Below are positions 1 to 6,456 of a stretch of 64,000 nucleotides of DNA, one piece after another. Source of the DNA: Burkholderiales bacterium (GTDB lineage: Bacteria; Pseudomonadota; Gammaproteobacteria; Burkholderiales; SG8-39); the NCBI GenBank assembly GCA_035649875.1, contig DASRIR010000337.1:16219-80218 (forward strand), read 5' to 3'. The position numbers were made by a program, and so were the translations under genes. Below the pieces are notes generated by a model. The model did no database searches. It was given only the letters and a program-made list of their open reading frames with translations, and was not told where the DNA came from. Positions within the stretch are counted from its first letter, which is position 1, and each line of letters opens with the position of its first letter.

Positions 1-1216
1 CGGCGCGGCGGTGACCTGCATCGACGGCTACCAGATGGCGCGCCAGGGGAGGGCGGGGCCGGCGCTCGCGATCGCCGCGCTGGCGTCGTTCTTTGCCGGC
101 TGCGTGGGGACGCTGCTGATTGCCTTTGTCGGCCCGCCGCTCGGCGAGTGGGCGCTCCAGTTCGGCCCCTGGGAGTACTGCGCGCTGATGCTGATGGGCC
201 TCGTCGCCTCGGCGGTGCTCGCGCACGGCGACGCGGTGAAGGGCCTCGCGATGGTCGCGCTCGGGCTGCTCTTCGGCATGGTCGGCACCGACGTCAATTC
301 CGGCGCGGTGCGCTTCGGCTTCGACGTGCCCTCGCTCTTCGATGGCATCGGCTTTACCGTGATCGCGGTCGGCCTGTTCGCGGTAGCGGAGATCGCATCC
401 AACCTCGAGTCGCGCGAGCCGCGCGAAGCGTTCACCGGCAAGGTGCCGCGCCTCATGCCGAGCCGCCACGACCTCGGCGATTCGGCCTGGCCCATGGCGC
501 GCGGCACCGCGGTCGGCGCGCTCTTCGGCGTGCTGCCGGGAACGGGACCCGCGCTCTCCTCGTTCGCCGCCTACATGCTGGAGAAGAAGCTCGCGCTGAG
601 CCCCGAGCGCTTCGGCGCCGGCGCGATCGAGGGCGTGGCGGCGCCGGAAGCGGCGAACAACGCGGCGGCGCAGACCGGCTTCATTCCCACGCTCACGCTC
701 GGCATCCCGGGCAGCGCGGTCATGACGCTGATGGTGGGCGCGATGATGATGCACGGCTTCGCGCCCGGGCCGCAGGCGATGGCCGAGAAGCCCGAGCTCT
801 TCTGGGGCATCGTCGCGAGCATGTGGCTCGGGAATCTCATGCTCGTGGTGCTGAACCTGCCGCTGGTCGGGCTCTGGGTGCGGCTCCTCAACGTGCCCTA
901 CCGCTGGCTCTTTCCTTCGGTCGTGATGTTCTGCTGCATCGGTAACTACAGCGTGAACAACAACCCCATGGACGTGTACCTGTGCGCTGCGCTCGGGTTG
1001 CTCGGCTACGTGCTCGCCAAGCTCGAGTGCGAGCCCGCGCCGCTGCTCCTCGGCTACGTGCTCGGGCCATTGCTCGAAGAGCACCTGCGGCGCGCGATGA
1101 TCCTCGGGCGCGGCGACCTCGCGCCATTCTTCACACGCCCGATCAGTCTCGCGTTCATGCTCGGCACCGCATTGGTGCTGGTTGTGATGGTGTTGCCAGT
1201 GCTGCGCAAGAAATAG
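1..1216 (+). CDS. tctA: Tripartite tricarboxylate transporter large permease (TctA family), C-terminal part; 5' end cut by window edge
   Basis: Polytopic membrane sequence closely parallel to the complete TctA at 59507-60985 (e.g. DGYQMA.QGR, GAIEGVA.PE.ANNAA); the ORF runs to the window start. Confidence 0.85.
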   Translation, partial: GAAVTCIDGYQMARQGRAGPALAIAALASFFAGCVGTLLIAFVGPPLGEWALQFGPWEYCALMLMGLVASAVLAHGDAVKGLAMVALGLLFGMVGTDVNSGAVRFGFDVPSLFDGIGFTVIAVGLFAVAEIASNLESREPREAFTGKVPRLMPSRHDLGDSAWPMARGTAVGALFGVLPGTGPALSSFAAYMLEKKLALSPERFGAGAIEGVAAPEAANNAAAQTGFIPTLTLGIPGSAVMTLMVGAMMMHGFAPGPQAMAEKPELFWGIVASMWLGNLMLVVLNLPLVGLWVRLLNVPYRWLFPSVVMFCCIGNYSVNNNPMDVYLCAALGLLGYVLAKLECEPAPLLLGYVLGPLLEEHLRRAMILGRGDLAPFFTRPISLAFMLGTALVLVVMVLPVLRKK

Positions 1217-1296
1217 GTCACACCGGGGTCGAAACAGCTCCCCGAACGCGCAATCGTTCATGGCCGCGCGGCGCCCGGCGGCGCAGCATCGTGACA

Positions 1297-2007
1297 ATGC
1301 CTGACATCGCCAGCCGTCTAGAGAACACCGGCCAGCTCCTGGTGCGGTCCGGGATCGAGATCGGCCGCATCCTGCATACGATGGTCGACGACGGCGCCGC
1401 GGTCACCGCGAAGCTGAAGTCCGACGTGATGTTCCTTTCGCGCCTGGTGTCGACCGACGACGCGGAGCAGCAGGTCATGCTGGCCTACTCCGATCACAAG
1501 CCGGCGAACGCTGCGGTGCTTGCGTCGTCTTCGGTCACCCTGCGCTGCCACCATCGCGGCGCGCATTTCGCCTTTGCCTGCGCCAAGCCCCGGCACAGCC
1601 TGCATTCGGGGCGGCCGGCGATCCGCGTCACCGCCCCGGCGCTGATGCTCGCGATCGAGCCGCGCCGGACCTGCACGGTCAAGGCCATCCCGAAGGAAGC
1701 CGACATCACCTGCGAGCTGCGCATGGGCCTGCAGGCGTTCGACGCGAAGCTGATCGACGTGGGACTCGACGGCGCCGCCTACATGCTGTGCGACCCGGCG
1801 ATCCCGGTGTGCGCCGGAACGCGCCTGCAAGGCGCGCGCATCACCACCGTGGGCGCCGAGGCGGTGGTGGTCGATGTCGACGTCAACAAGGTCGACCACG
1901 CCAAGATGGCCGACGGCAAGCGCGCCACGCGCATCGGCTGCCGGATCGCGGCCGACCGCGACCGCATCGAGAAGCTGATCCGCCTCTTCATCATCGACCT
2001 GCAGTAA
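1297..2007 (+). CDS. PilZ-domain protein, YcgR-like (PilZN + PilZ)
   Basis: ATG at 1297 inside ORF 982-2007; the upstream part of that ORF is Arg-rich shadow. N-terminal LLVRSGIEIGRIL...AVTAKL resembles the YcgR N-domain. C-terminal half has PilZ-like RR...R and D.G.DGA motifs. Confidence 0.65.
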   Translation: MPDIASRLENTGQLLVRSGIEIGRILHTMVDDGAAVTAKLKSDVMFLSRLVSTDDAEQQVMLAYSDHKPANAAVLASSSVTLRCHHRGAHFAFACAKPRHSLHSGRPAIRVTAPALMLAIEPRRTCTVKAIPKEADITCELRMGLQAFDAKLIDVGLDGAAYMLCDPAIPVCAGTRLQGARITTVGAEAVVVDVDVNKVDHAKMADGKRATRIGCRIAADRDRIEKLIRLFIIDLQ

Positions 2008-2029
2008 AAAGGGTCAGGTCTCTTCTTCG

Positions 2030-3061
2030 CTACCGCAGCGCCCGGTAGATCTCCGCCAAGGAGTGCCGGCGGCTTTCTTCCGCCCGGAACCCGGCCGACC
2101 CCATCTCCTCCGCGAGCGCTTGTGCCTCCATACCCGTCAGCGTGCGCGCGTGGACGCGCGCGAAGCAGCGCCCCGGCCGCAGCAGCGCATCGTCTAGATC
2201 GCCGACATTGGGCAGGTTGGTCGAGAAGATGATCTTGCGTCCCTGCGAGCGCACGATCCCGTCCGCGATGGTGAGGAAACGATGGAGGTGCTCGTTGCCG
2301 TCGGCGCGCGGCTTGAGCAGGTGGTCCGCGTCCTCCACCACGAACGCGTCTTCCGCGCCGGTAATGAAGCGTACGTAGATTTCGTCGGAAGCGAGCGCCT
2401 TCATGTCGCCGGTATAGAGCGCCCGCGCCGGCTCCCCTTTTCGGCGCGAGATCTCGCCCAGCATCCCGCGGATCAAGCGGGTCTTACCGGTGCCGGGCGG
2501 CCCCTGCAGTACGACCACGGTCTCGGGCGCCTCGAGGTAGCGCGCGATGAAACCGCGCACGCCGCCCTTGATCTCCGGATACGCGCCGTCGCGCAGCACG
2601 TCGTCGGCAATCTCCTCAATCACCGCGCTTTCCAGGTCGCCGCGCGACGTGAGGAAGGTCCATTCGATGGAGAACATCGGCTCGGTGATGCGGGTGGAGC
2701 CCGCCTTTGCCAGCAGGCGCTGCTGCGCCTGCTCCGCGCGCGCCAGGTCCGCGGCCCAGATGTAGAAGGAACACGAGCAATAGTCCGCCTTGCGGCTGCC
2801 GTAGGCGGCCACGAACAGCCCCCCGGCATCCAGCAGCATCGCCTCCGAATGGATGCGCTCGGCGCGCCATGCGTCATCCAGCGCGATCGCGTCGAGCAGC
2901 ACTTCGAGCTCGATGCGTGCGGCAAAGCGCAGTATCCGGTAAATCGGATAGCGTGCGACGCCCTCGTCGAGCGCCTTGGCGATGCGCGATTCGTGCACGA
3001 GCGCGCCGACGTGGTGCACTTGTTTCGTCAGCCCGGTGTAGTGTCGGTTTTCTTGGCTCAT
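2030..3061 (-). CDS. AAA+ ATPase with an uncharacterised ~185-aa N-terminal domain
   Basis: Walker A GPPGTGKT, Walker B FVVEDADH, second region of homology TNLPNVGDLDDALLRPGRC. Confidence 0.8.
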   Translation of the reverse strand: MSQENRHYTGLTKQVHHVGALVHESRIAKALDEGVARYPIYRILRFAARIELEVLLDAIALDDAWRAERIHSEAMLLDAGGLFVAAYGSRKADYCSCSFYIWAADLARAEQAQQRLLAKAGSTRITEPMFSIEWTFLTSRGDLESAVIEEIADDVLRDGAYPEIKGGVRGFIARYLEAPETVVVLQGPPGTGKTRLIRGMLGEISRRKGEPARALYTGDMKALASDEIYVRFITGAEDAFVVEDADHLLKPRADGNEHLHRFLTIADGIVRSQGRKIIFSTNLPNVGDLDDALLRPGRCFARVHARTLTGMEAQALAEEMGSAGFRAEESRRHSLAEIYRALR

Positions 3062-3074
3062 CTATATATAGGCG

Positions 3075-3110
3075 AAAAAAAACGGCCGGCCGGATTGGGT
3101 CCGGCCAGCC
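3075..3110 (-). terminator. Rho-independent terminator after the SPFH gene
   Basis: Minus strand reads GC hairpin (GCCGG-ACCCAAT-CCGGC core) followed by T8, directly after the stop at 3112-3114. TATATATA follows before the AAA gene ATG. Confidence 0.6.
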
Positions 3111-3111
3111 G

Positions 3112-4254
3112 TCAACGGATCTTCACCAGATCCTTCAGCACCGCGTCGAGGCCACCGAACACCGAGATCTTGTCGATCTTCTCGGTGACCTTCTCCAGAG
3201 TCTCCAGCTCCTTCAGCCGCAGCGCGGTCGGGTTGTCTTCCATCACCCGGGCGGTGTTCAGTAGCGAACGGGTCGCCGAGGTTTCCTCACGGCGGCGGAT
3301 CACGTTCGCCAGCGCGGCCTTCTCGGCCTCCACCACCTTCGCCAGGATCGACTTCATCTCACCCGGCAGGATGATGTCCTTCACGCCGACCGAGTCGACC
3401 TCCAGGCCGAAGCCCTGCACGCGGCGCTCGATGTGCTCGGCCACCGCCTGGTCGATCATGCCCTTGTTCTCGAGCAGCTCGTCCAGGGTGCGGGTGCCGA
3501 TCGCGGCGCGCAGGCCGAACTGGAGCTCCTTGTACAGGTAGTCCACCGGCTTAGCCTGCTTGCCGTACGCGGTCAGCACATCGGTCACGCGGTAGCCTGC
3601 GTTCAGGTTCACGCGCAGCGGGACCTTGTCCTTGGTCAGGATTTCCTGACCCGCCACTTCGATCACCTGCAGGCGCAGGTCCACGAACTCGACGCGCATG
3701 TCGCGGCCGAACGAGTAGAAGGCGCGCAGGCCGGCATCCAGCAGGTACGCCAGCTTGCCGTCGACGTACAGAGCCGCCACGTTGAACTGCGGCACTTGCA
3801 CGCCGTACACGCCCTCCGCGCCCGGCACTTTCGCCTTGAAGCCGGTCGCAGTCAGCTTGATGAGCTGCGGCACGAGCTTCGGCTCGACGGTGAAGTCGGT
3901 CGCGATGTCGACGCGCTCGAACGCCTGCTCCAGGTAGCCCTTGAAGTACAGGCGGCGGGTATTCGGCGCCAGCACCTCGGCCAGCACGCCGTTCTGGTAG
4001 CGCAGGCCGACCTCGGTCGGGCCGAGCTCGACCACGTGGAACTCGCGCGCCACTAGCGCCGGTTCCGCCTTCAACAGGAACTCGGCCAGGCGGTGCTCGA
4101 AGTACGGCTTGTCGAGGCCGAACTTCTCCACGGTCAGGCGGCGCAGCGGGTCGAAGCGCAGGTGCTTGCCCGGGCGCAGGATGTCGACGAAGTCGCCGCG
4201 CTCGAACAGCAGCGCGCGCTCGTCCTTCTTCACATGAAACTTGCGTACGACCAT
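3112..4254 (-). CDS. SPFH/Band-7 (slipin-like) family protein, no evident transmembrane helix
   Basis: C-terminal half VKDIILPGEMKSILAKVVEAEKAA...RREETSATRSLLNTA...LRLKELETLEKV is typical SPFH plus coiled coil. The N-terminal extension is soluble-looking. Confidence 0.8.
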   Translation of the reverse strand: MVVRKFHVKKDERALLFERGDFVDILRPGKHLRFDPLRRLTVEKFGLDKPYFEHRLAEFLLKAEPALVAREFHVVELGPTEVGLRYQNGVLAEVLAPNTRRLYFKGYLEQAFERVDIATDFTVEPKLVPQLIKLTATGFKAKVPGAEGVYGVQVPQFNVAALYVDGKLAYLLDAGLRAFYSFGRDMRVEFVDLRLQVIEVAGQEILTKDKVPLRVNLNAGYRVTDVLTAYGKQAKPVDYLYKELQFGLRAAIGTRTLDELLENKGMIDQAVAEHIERRVQGFGLEVDSVGVKDIILPGEMKSILAKVVEAEKAALANVIRRREETSATRSLLNTARVMEDNPTALRLKELETLEKVTEKIDKISVFGGLDAVLKDLVKIR

Positions 4255-4302
4255 TTTCGTTCTCCTTTCTTCTCTCCTTTCGTTGTCATCACCTCAAAAA
4301 AA

Positions 4303-4542
4303 TCACGACTCGAGCAGCCGCAGCTGGATGGCGCGCATCACCGCGGCCGCCGCCGAGTGCACGTCGAGCTTGCGGTAGGCGTTCTTGATGTGCGTGCCCA
4401 CCGTGTGCGTCGACATGCCGAGCTGCGCGGCGACCTTCGCGTACGTGCAGCCGCGTGCGATCAGGCGCAGCACTTCCGCCTCGCGTTCGGTCAGCCGTAC
4501 GTTCTGCTCCACTGCATCCTCCTTTCCTGCGTGCCCTTTCAT
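4303..4542 (-). CDS. Stand-alone LuxR/GerE-type HTH protein (79 aa)
   Basis: LTEREAEVLRLIARGCTYAKVAAQLGMSTHTVGTHIKNAYRKL is a GerE/LuxR C-terminal HTH. No receiver or ligand domain. Confidence 0.8.
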   Translation of the reverse strand: MKGHAGKEDAVEQNVRLTEREAEVLRLIARGCTYAKVAAQLGMSTHTVGTHIKNAYRKLDVHSAAAAVMRAIQLRLLES

Positions 4543-4757
4543 TCATTAAGAAGCGGAATCCGGCCTCCCGGGCGCCCGGCGGGCCCCGCCGCGCGCGCGA
4601 GGGAATCCGGCTGCGCCTTGCGCCGACCGCGCGCTCGGCTGTTGCCGCTTCGCCCGCGAGCGCCGCACGGCGCTCTCGGCCCGGAACCCGGTGCCCGCGC
4701 GGCGCTGCTCCGCCCGTGCGCGCTGAACCGGCCCGTACTGCGTTATTGCCACTTCGC

Positions 4758-4825
4758 TGGTGGAGCGGGAGTCGAACCCGCGACACATCGGTTATCAGCC
4801 GATTGCTCTTTCCTCTGAGCTATCC
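4758..4825 (-). tRNA. tRNA-like gene, anticodon GAU (Ile), with only a 3-bp acceptor stem
   Basis: Reverse complement reads GGA-TA-GCTC-AGAGGAAA-GAGC-A-ATCGG-CTGATAA-CCGAT-GTGTC-GCGGG-TTCGACT-CCCGC-TCC-A-CCA. D, anticodon and T arms are perfect, the acceptor is 3 bp, and the 5' end lies 1 nt from the CCA of the next tRNA. Confidence 0.55.
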
Positions 4826-4826
4826 A

Positions 4827-4901
4827 TGGTGGCGAGTGAGGGATTCGAACCCACGACCTCCGCCTCATGAGAGCGTCGCTCTACCACTGAGCTAACTCGC
4901 C
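4827..4901 (-). tRNA. tRNA with anticodon CAU (elongator Met, or Ile2 if lysidinylated)
   Basis: GGCGAGT-TA-GCTC-AGTGGTA-GAGC..anticodon loop CTCATGA..T-loop TTCGAAT..ACTCGCC-A-CCA. Lacks the initiator-specific features. Confidence 0.8.
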
Positions 4902-5023
4902 CAACCAACATTCATCGCTCCCGCGCCGCGGTACGCGCCTCTCCGATGTTTCAGGCGGCGCGCCAGGGAGGACTCAAGAGCCTCGCCCGCTGCGGTGTTA
5001 CGCGTTCACGAAGAATCCGTTGC

Positions 5024-5038
5024 TGGATGTGGCAAAGC
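5024..5038. repeat. 15-nt inverted-repeat arm (TGGATGTGGCAAAGC), partner at 5658-5672
   Basis: Exact reverse-complement match read directly from the sequence. Lies 4 nt beyond the CCA end of tRNA-His. Confidence 0.8.
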
Positions 5039-5042
5039 GTGA

Positions 5043-5117
5043 TGGGGGGATCTACCGGACTCGCACCGGTACCTGCGGACTCACATTCCGCGGTGCTGCT
5101 GTTACACCAAGATCTCC
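5043..5117 (-). tRNA. tRNA-His (GUG) with encoded G-1, C73 and CCA
   Basis: G(-1)-GAGATCT..anticodon stem GCGGA/TCCGC, loop ATGTGAG..T arm ACCGG-TGCGAGT-CCGGT..AGATCCC-C-CCA. The G-1:C73 pair is the bacterial His identity mark. T-loop position 55 is G (unusual). Confidence 0.75.
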
Positions 5118-5124
5118 GTCGTTC

Positions 5125-5202
5125 TGGTACCGGCCCGTGGACTTGAACCACGCACCTCCCGCTTATCAAGCGGGCGCTCTGTCAACGATGAGCTAGATCG
5201 GC
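5125..5202 (-). tRNA. tRNA-Ile (GAU)
   Basis: GCCGATC-TA-GCTC..anticodon stem CCCGC/GCGGG, loop TTGATAA..T arm CGTGG-TTCAAGT-CCACG..GGCCGGT-A-CCA. The acceptor has one mismatch and two G-U pairs. The D-loop lacks a GG doublet. Confidence 0.7.
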
Positions 5203-5204
5203 GT

Positions 5205-5280
5205 TGGCGCTTCCCCTCCGTTTCGAGCGGAGCTCTCCGGACTTTCAAACCGGCGCTGTCACCAGACCAGCTAGAGAAGC
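5205..5280 (-). tRNA. tRNA-Phe (GAA), non-canonical T-loop
   Basis: GCTTCTC-TA-GCTG..loop TTGAAAG..T arm CTCCG-CTCGAAA-CGGAG..GGGAAGC-G-CCA. C replaces T at position 54, and there is a U-U mismatch at the base of the anticodon stem. Confidence 0.65.
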
Positions 5281-5287
5281 ATGGAAT

Positions 5288-5363
5288 TGGTACTCGGTGA
5301 TGGGTTCGAGCCATCGGCCTCCTGTTTGTAAGACAGGCGCTCTTCGCACTGAGCTAACCGAGC
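5288..5363 (-). tRNA. tRNA-Val (UAC), non-canonical T-loop
   Basis: GCTCGGT-TA-GCTC..stem CCTGT/ACAGG, loop CTTACAA..T arm GATGG-CTCGAAC-CCATC..ACCGAGT-A-CCA. C at position 54, and the D-loop lacks GG. Confidence 0.7.
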
Positions 5364-5364
5364 A

Positions 5365-5440
5365 TGGTCGGCGCGGCAGGAGTTGAACCTGCAACCTTCT
5401 GATTAAGAGTCAGCTACTCTGGCCTTTGAGTTACGCGCCG
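5365..5440 (-). tRNA. tRNA-Lys (CUU)
   Basis: CGGCGCG-TA-ACTC..loop CTCTTAA..T arm GCAGG-TTCAACT-CCTGC..CGCGCCG-A-CCA. Only 1 nt separates it from tRNA-Val. Confidence 0.75.
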
Positions 5441-5450
5441 GGATTGGCGT

Positions 5451-5527
5451 TGGTCTCGCCGGCAGGATTCGAACCTGCGGCCTCGTCGTCCCGAACGACG
5501 CGCGCTGGCCGGCTGCGCTACAGCGAG
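5451..5527 (-). tRNA. tRNA-Pro (CGG)
   Basis: CTCGCTG-TA-GCGC-AGCCGGCCA-GCGC..stem CGTCG/CGACG, loop TTCGGGA..GCAGG-TTCGAAT-CCTGC..CGGCGAG-A-CCA. The C1-G72 pair is typical of bacterial Pro. Confidence 0.85.
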
Positions 5528-5538
5528 AATGAAAGCAT

Positions 5539-5613
5539 TGGCGTTCCCGGCCGGGATTGAACCGGCATTAGCGGCTTGAAAGGCCGCCGTCCTTACCATT
5601 AGACGACGGGAAC
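5539..5613 (-). tRNA. tRNA-Glu (UUC)
   Basis: GTTCCCG-TC-GTCT-AATGGTAA-GGAC..stem GCGGC/GCCGC, loop CTTTCAA..GCCGG-TTCAATC-CCGGC..CGGGAAC-G-CCA. Fully canonical. Confidence 0.85.
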
Positions 5614-5618
5614 CCGCG

Positions 5619-5654
5619 CCCCGCCGCGCGACCGATCGGCTGCGCGCGGCGGGG
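5619..5654. other. 12-bp GC hairpin immediately 5' of the tRNA-Glu gene
   Basis: CCCCGCCGCGCG-12 nt loop-CGCGCGGCGGGG. No U-run on either strand, so it does not look like a terminator. Confidence 0.6.
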
Positions 5655-5657
5655 CTT

Positions 5658-5672
5658 GCTTTGCCACATCCA
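5658..5672. repeat. 15-nt inverted-repeat arm (GCTTTGCCACATCCA), partner at 5024-5038
   Basis: Exact reverse complement of 5024-5038. Together the arms bracket the seven tRNAs His to Glu plus the GC hairpin. Confidence 0.8.
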
Positions 5673-5675
5673 AGT

Positions 5676-5709
5676 TGTAAAAGAGCAGGCGGCAGCACAT
5701 TGCTGCCGC
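5676..5709 (-). terminator. Possible weak terminator after the Leu-like tRNA
   Basis: Minus strand hairpin GCGGCAGCA-ATG-TGCTGCCGC followed by CTGCTCTTTTAC. The U-run is short and offset. Confidence 0.4.
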
Positions 5710-5718
5710 GACAAAATC

Positions 5719-5795
5719 TGGTACCCCACCCGGGATTCGAACCCGGAAGGTCGTGTTTCTGAGACACGCGCGTATGCCGATTCCGCCAGCGGGGC
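5719..5795 (-). tRNA. tRNA with anticodon CAG and a Leu-type D-arm but a short (5-nt) variable region
   Basis: GCCCCGC-TGGCGGAATCGGCATACGCG-CGTGT-CTCAGAA-ACACG-ACCTT-CCGGG-TTCGAAT-CCCGG-GTGGGGT-A-CCA, 77 nt. The D-arm is near-identical to the E. coli Leu(CAG) D-arm as I recall it, and A73 is present, but there is no long variable arm. Confidence 0.65.
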
Positions 5796-5797
5796 AC

Positions 5798-5835
5798 AAA
5801 AACAAAAAAGCCCGGAGCGCTCGCGCGGTCCGGGC
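5798..5835 (-). terminator. Rho-independent terminator
   Basis: Minus strand GCCCGGA-loop-TCCGGGC followed by TTTTTTGTTTTTG. Ends 2 nt before the 5' end of the Leu-like tRNA. Confidence 0.7.
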
Positions 5836-6065
5836 TTGGGGGGAATGCGCGCAGAGCTGCGCTAGCACTCTCCTTTGTCCGAACGCGCGCCGTCCTCGTC
5901 CTCAATCCGGCGATCTGGTGCGCAATTCAATTTCGGATGCATTCTCATCTGCTGCCTCAATGTAAGAGGGCGCGCATTCTGCTCAGCGCGCATTCCAAAG
6001 TCAATACCGAATCTTCGGTAGGCCTGCCTTCGTTGTAGAAACGCGACGCGCGTGCGCCGGTTGAC

Positions 6066-6425
6066 TCAGCGGCGGTGCAGCGCGTCGTTGAAGCTGGTGC
6101 CGCTCACGCGCACCACGCGTCCGTCGTTGGTCAGCTCGACCGCCTCGCCGGCGAGGAAGCGGCTGCTGTCGATGTCGACGGTCTGGAAGCCGCCGTTGTC
6201 CATCCGGAGCTGCAGCCGGTAGAGGTTGCGGTCGGGACGCTTGCCGTCGGCATCGGTGCCGGTGCCGGCCTCGCGTTGGCCGGGCAGCACGCCCACCGAG
6301 GCGACCACGCCCGAGCCGGCGATGAAGTTCCCTGGCCGCACGATGTTGGCCTCGAGCAGGCTTTCGTCCTGGGTCATGCTGCAGGCCGCCAGCAGGCACA
6401 AGAGGAGCGGCGCCCGGAGTCGCAT
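6066..6425 (-). CDS. Lipoprotein, function unknown
   Basis: Internal start gives MRLRAPLLLCLLAAC with lipobox LLAAC. The rest is soluble and Gly-rich. Confidence 0.6.
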   Translation of the reverse strand: MRLRAPLLLCLLAACSMTQDESLLEANIVRPGNFIAGSGVVASVGVLPGQREAGTGTDADGKRPDRNLYRLQLRMDNGGFQTVDIDSSRFLAGEAVELTNDGRVVRVSGTSFNDALHRR

Positions 6426-6456
6426 AGGGGAGGAGGATAGCGCCTCCGGACGCCGC

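Noticed and set aside
982-1296. N-terminal 105-codon extension of the PilZ ORF
   Set aside because: The extension is almost pure Arg/Ala and overlaps the end of tctA. The ATG at 1297 starts the recognisable YcgR-like N-domain.
4902-5023. 120-nt spacer between tRNA-His and tRNA-Met, tested as a possible eleventh (class II or degenerate) tRNA
   Set aside because: I could find no T-arm-like element, no encoded CCA and no consistent cloverleaf. Only a weak UUG-type anticodon-like hairpin and GC palindromes are present. It is left unassigned; a covariance-model scan could revisit it.
4758-5795. Interpretation of the tRNA array as phage- or ICE-derived cargo
   Set aside because: There is no integrase, recombinase, phage structural gene or direct-repeat att site in the window. 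The idea stays open but is unsupported here.
5414-5905. ORFs of 60-163 aa overlapping the tRNA cluster on both strands
   Set aside because: They are composed of tRNA gene sequence and are not plausible coding regions.
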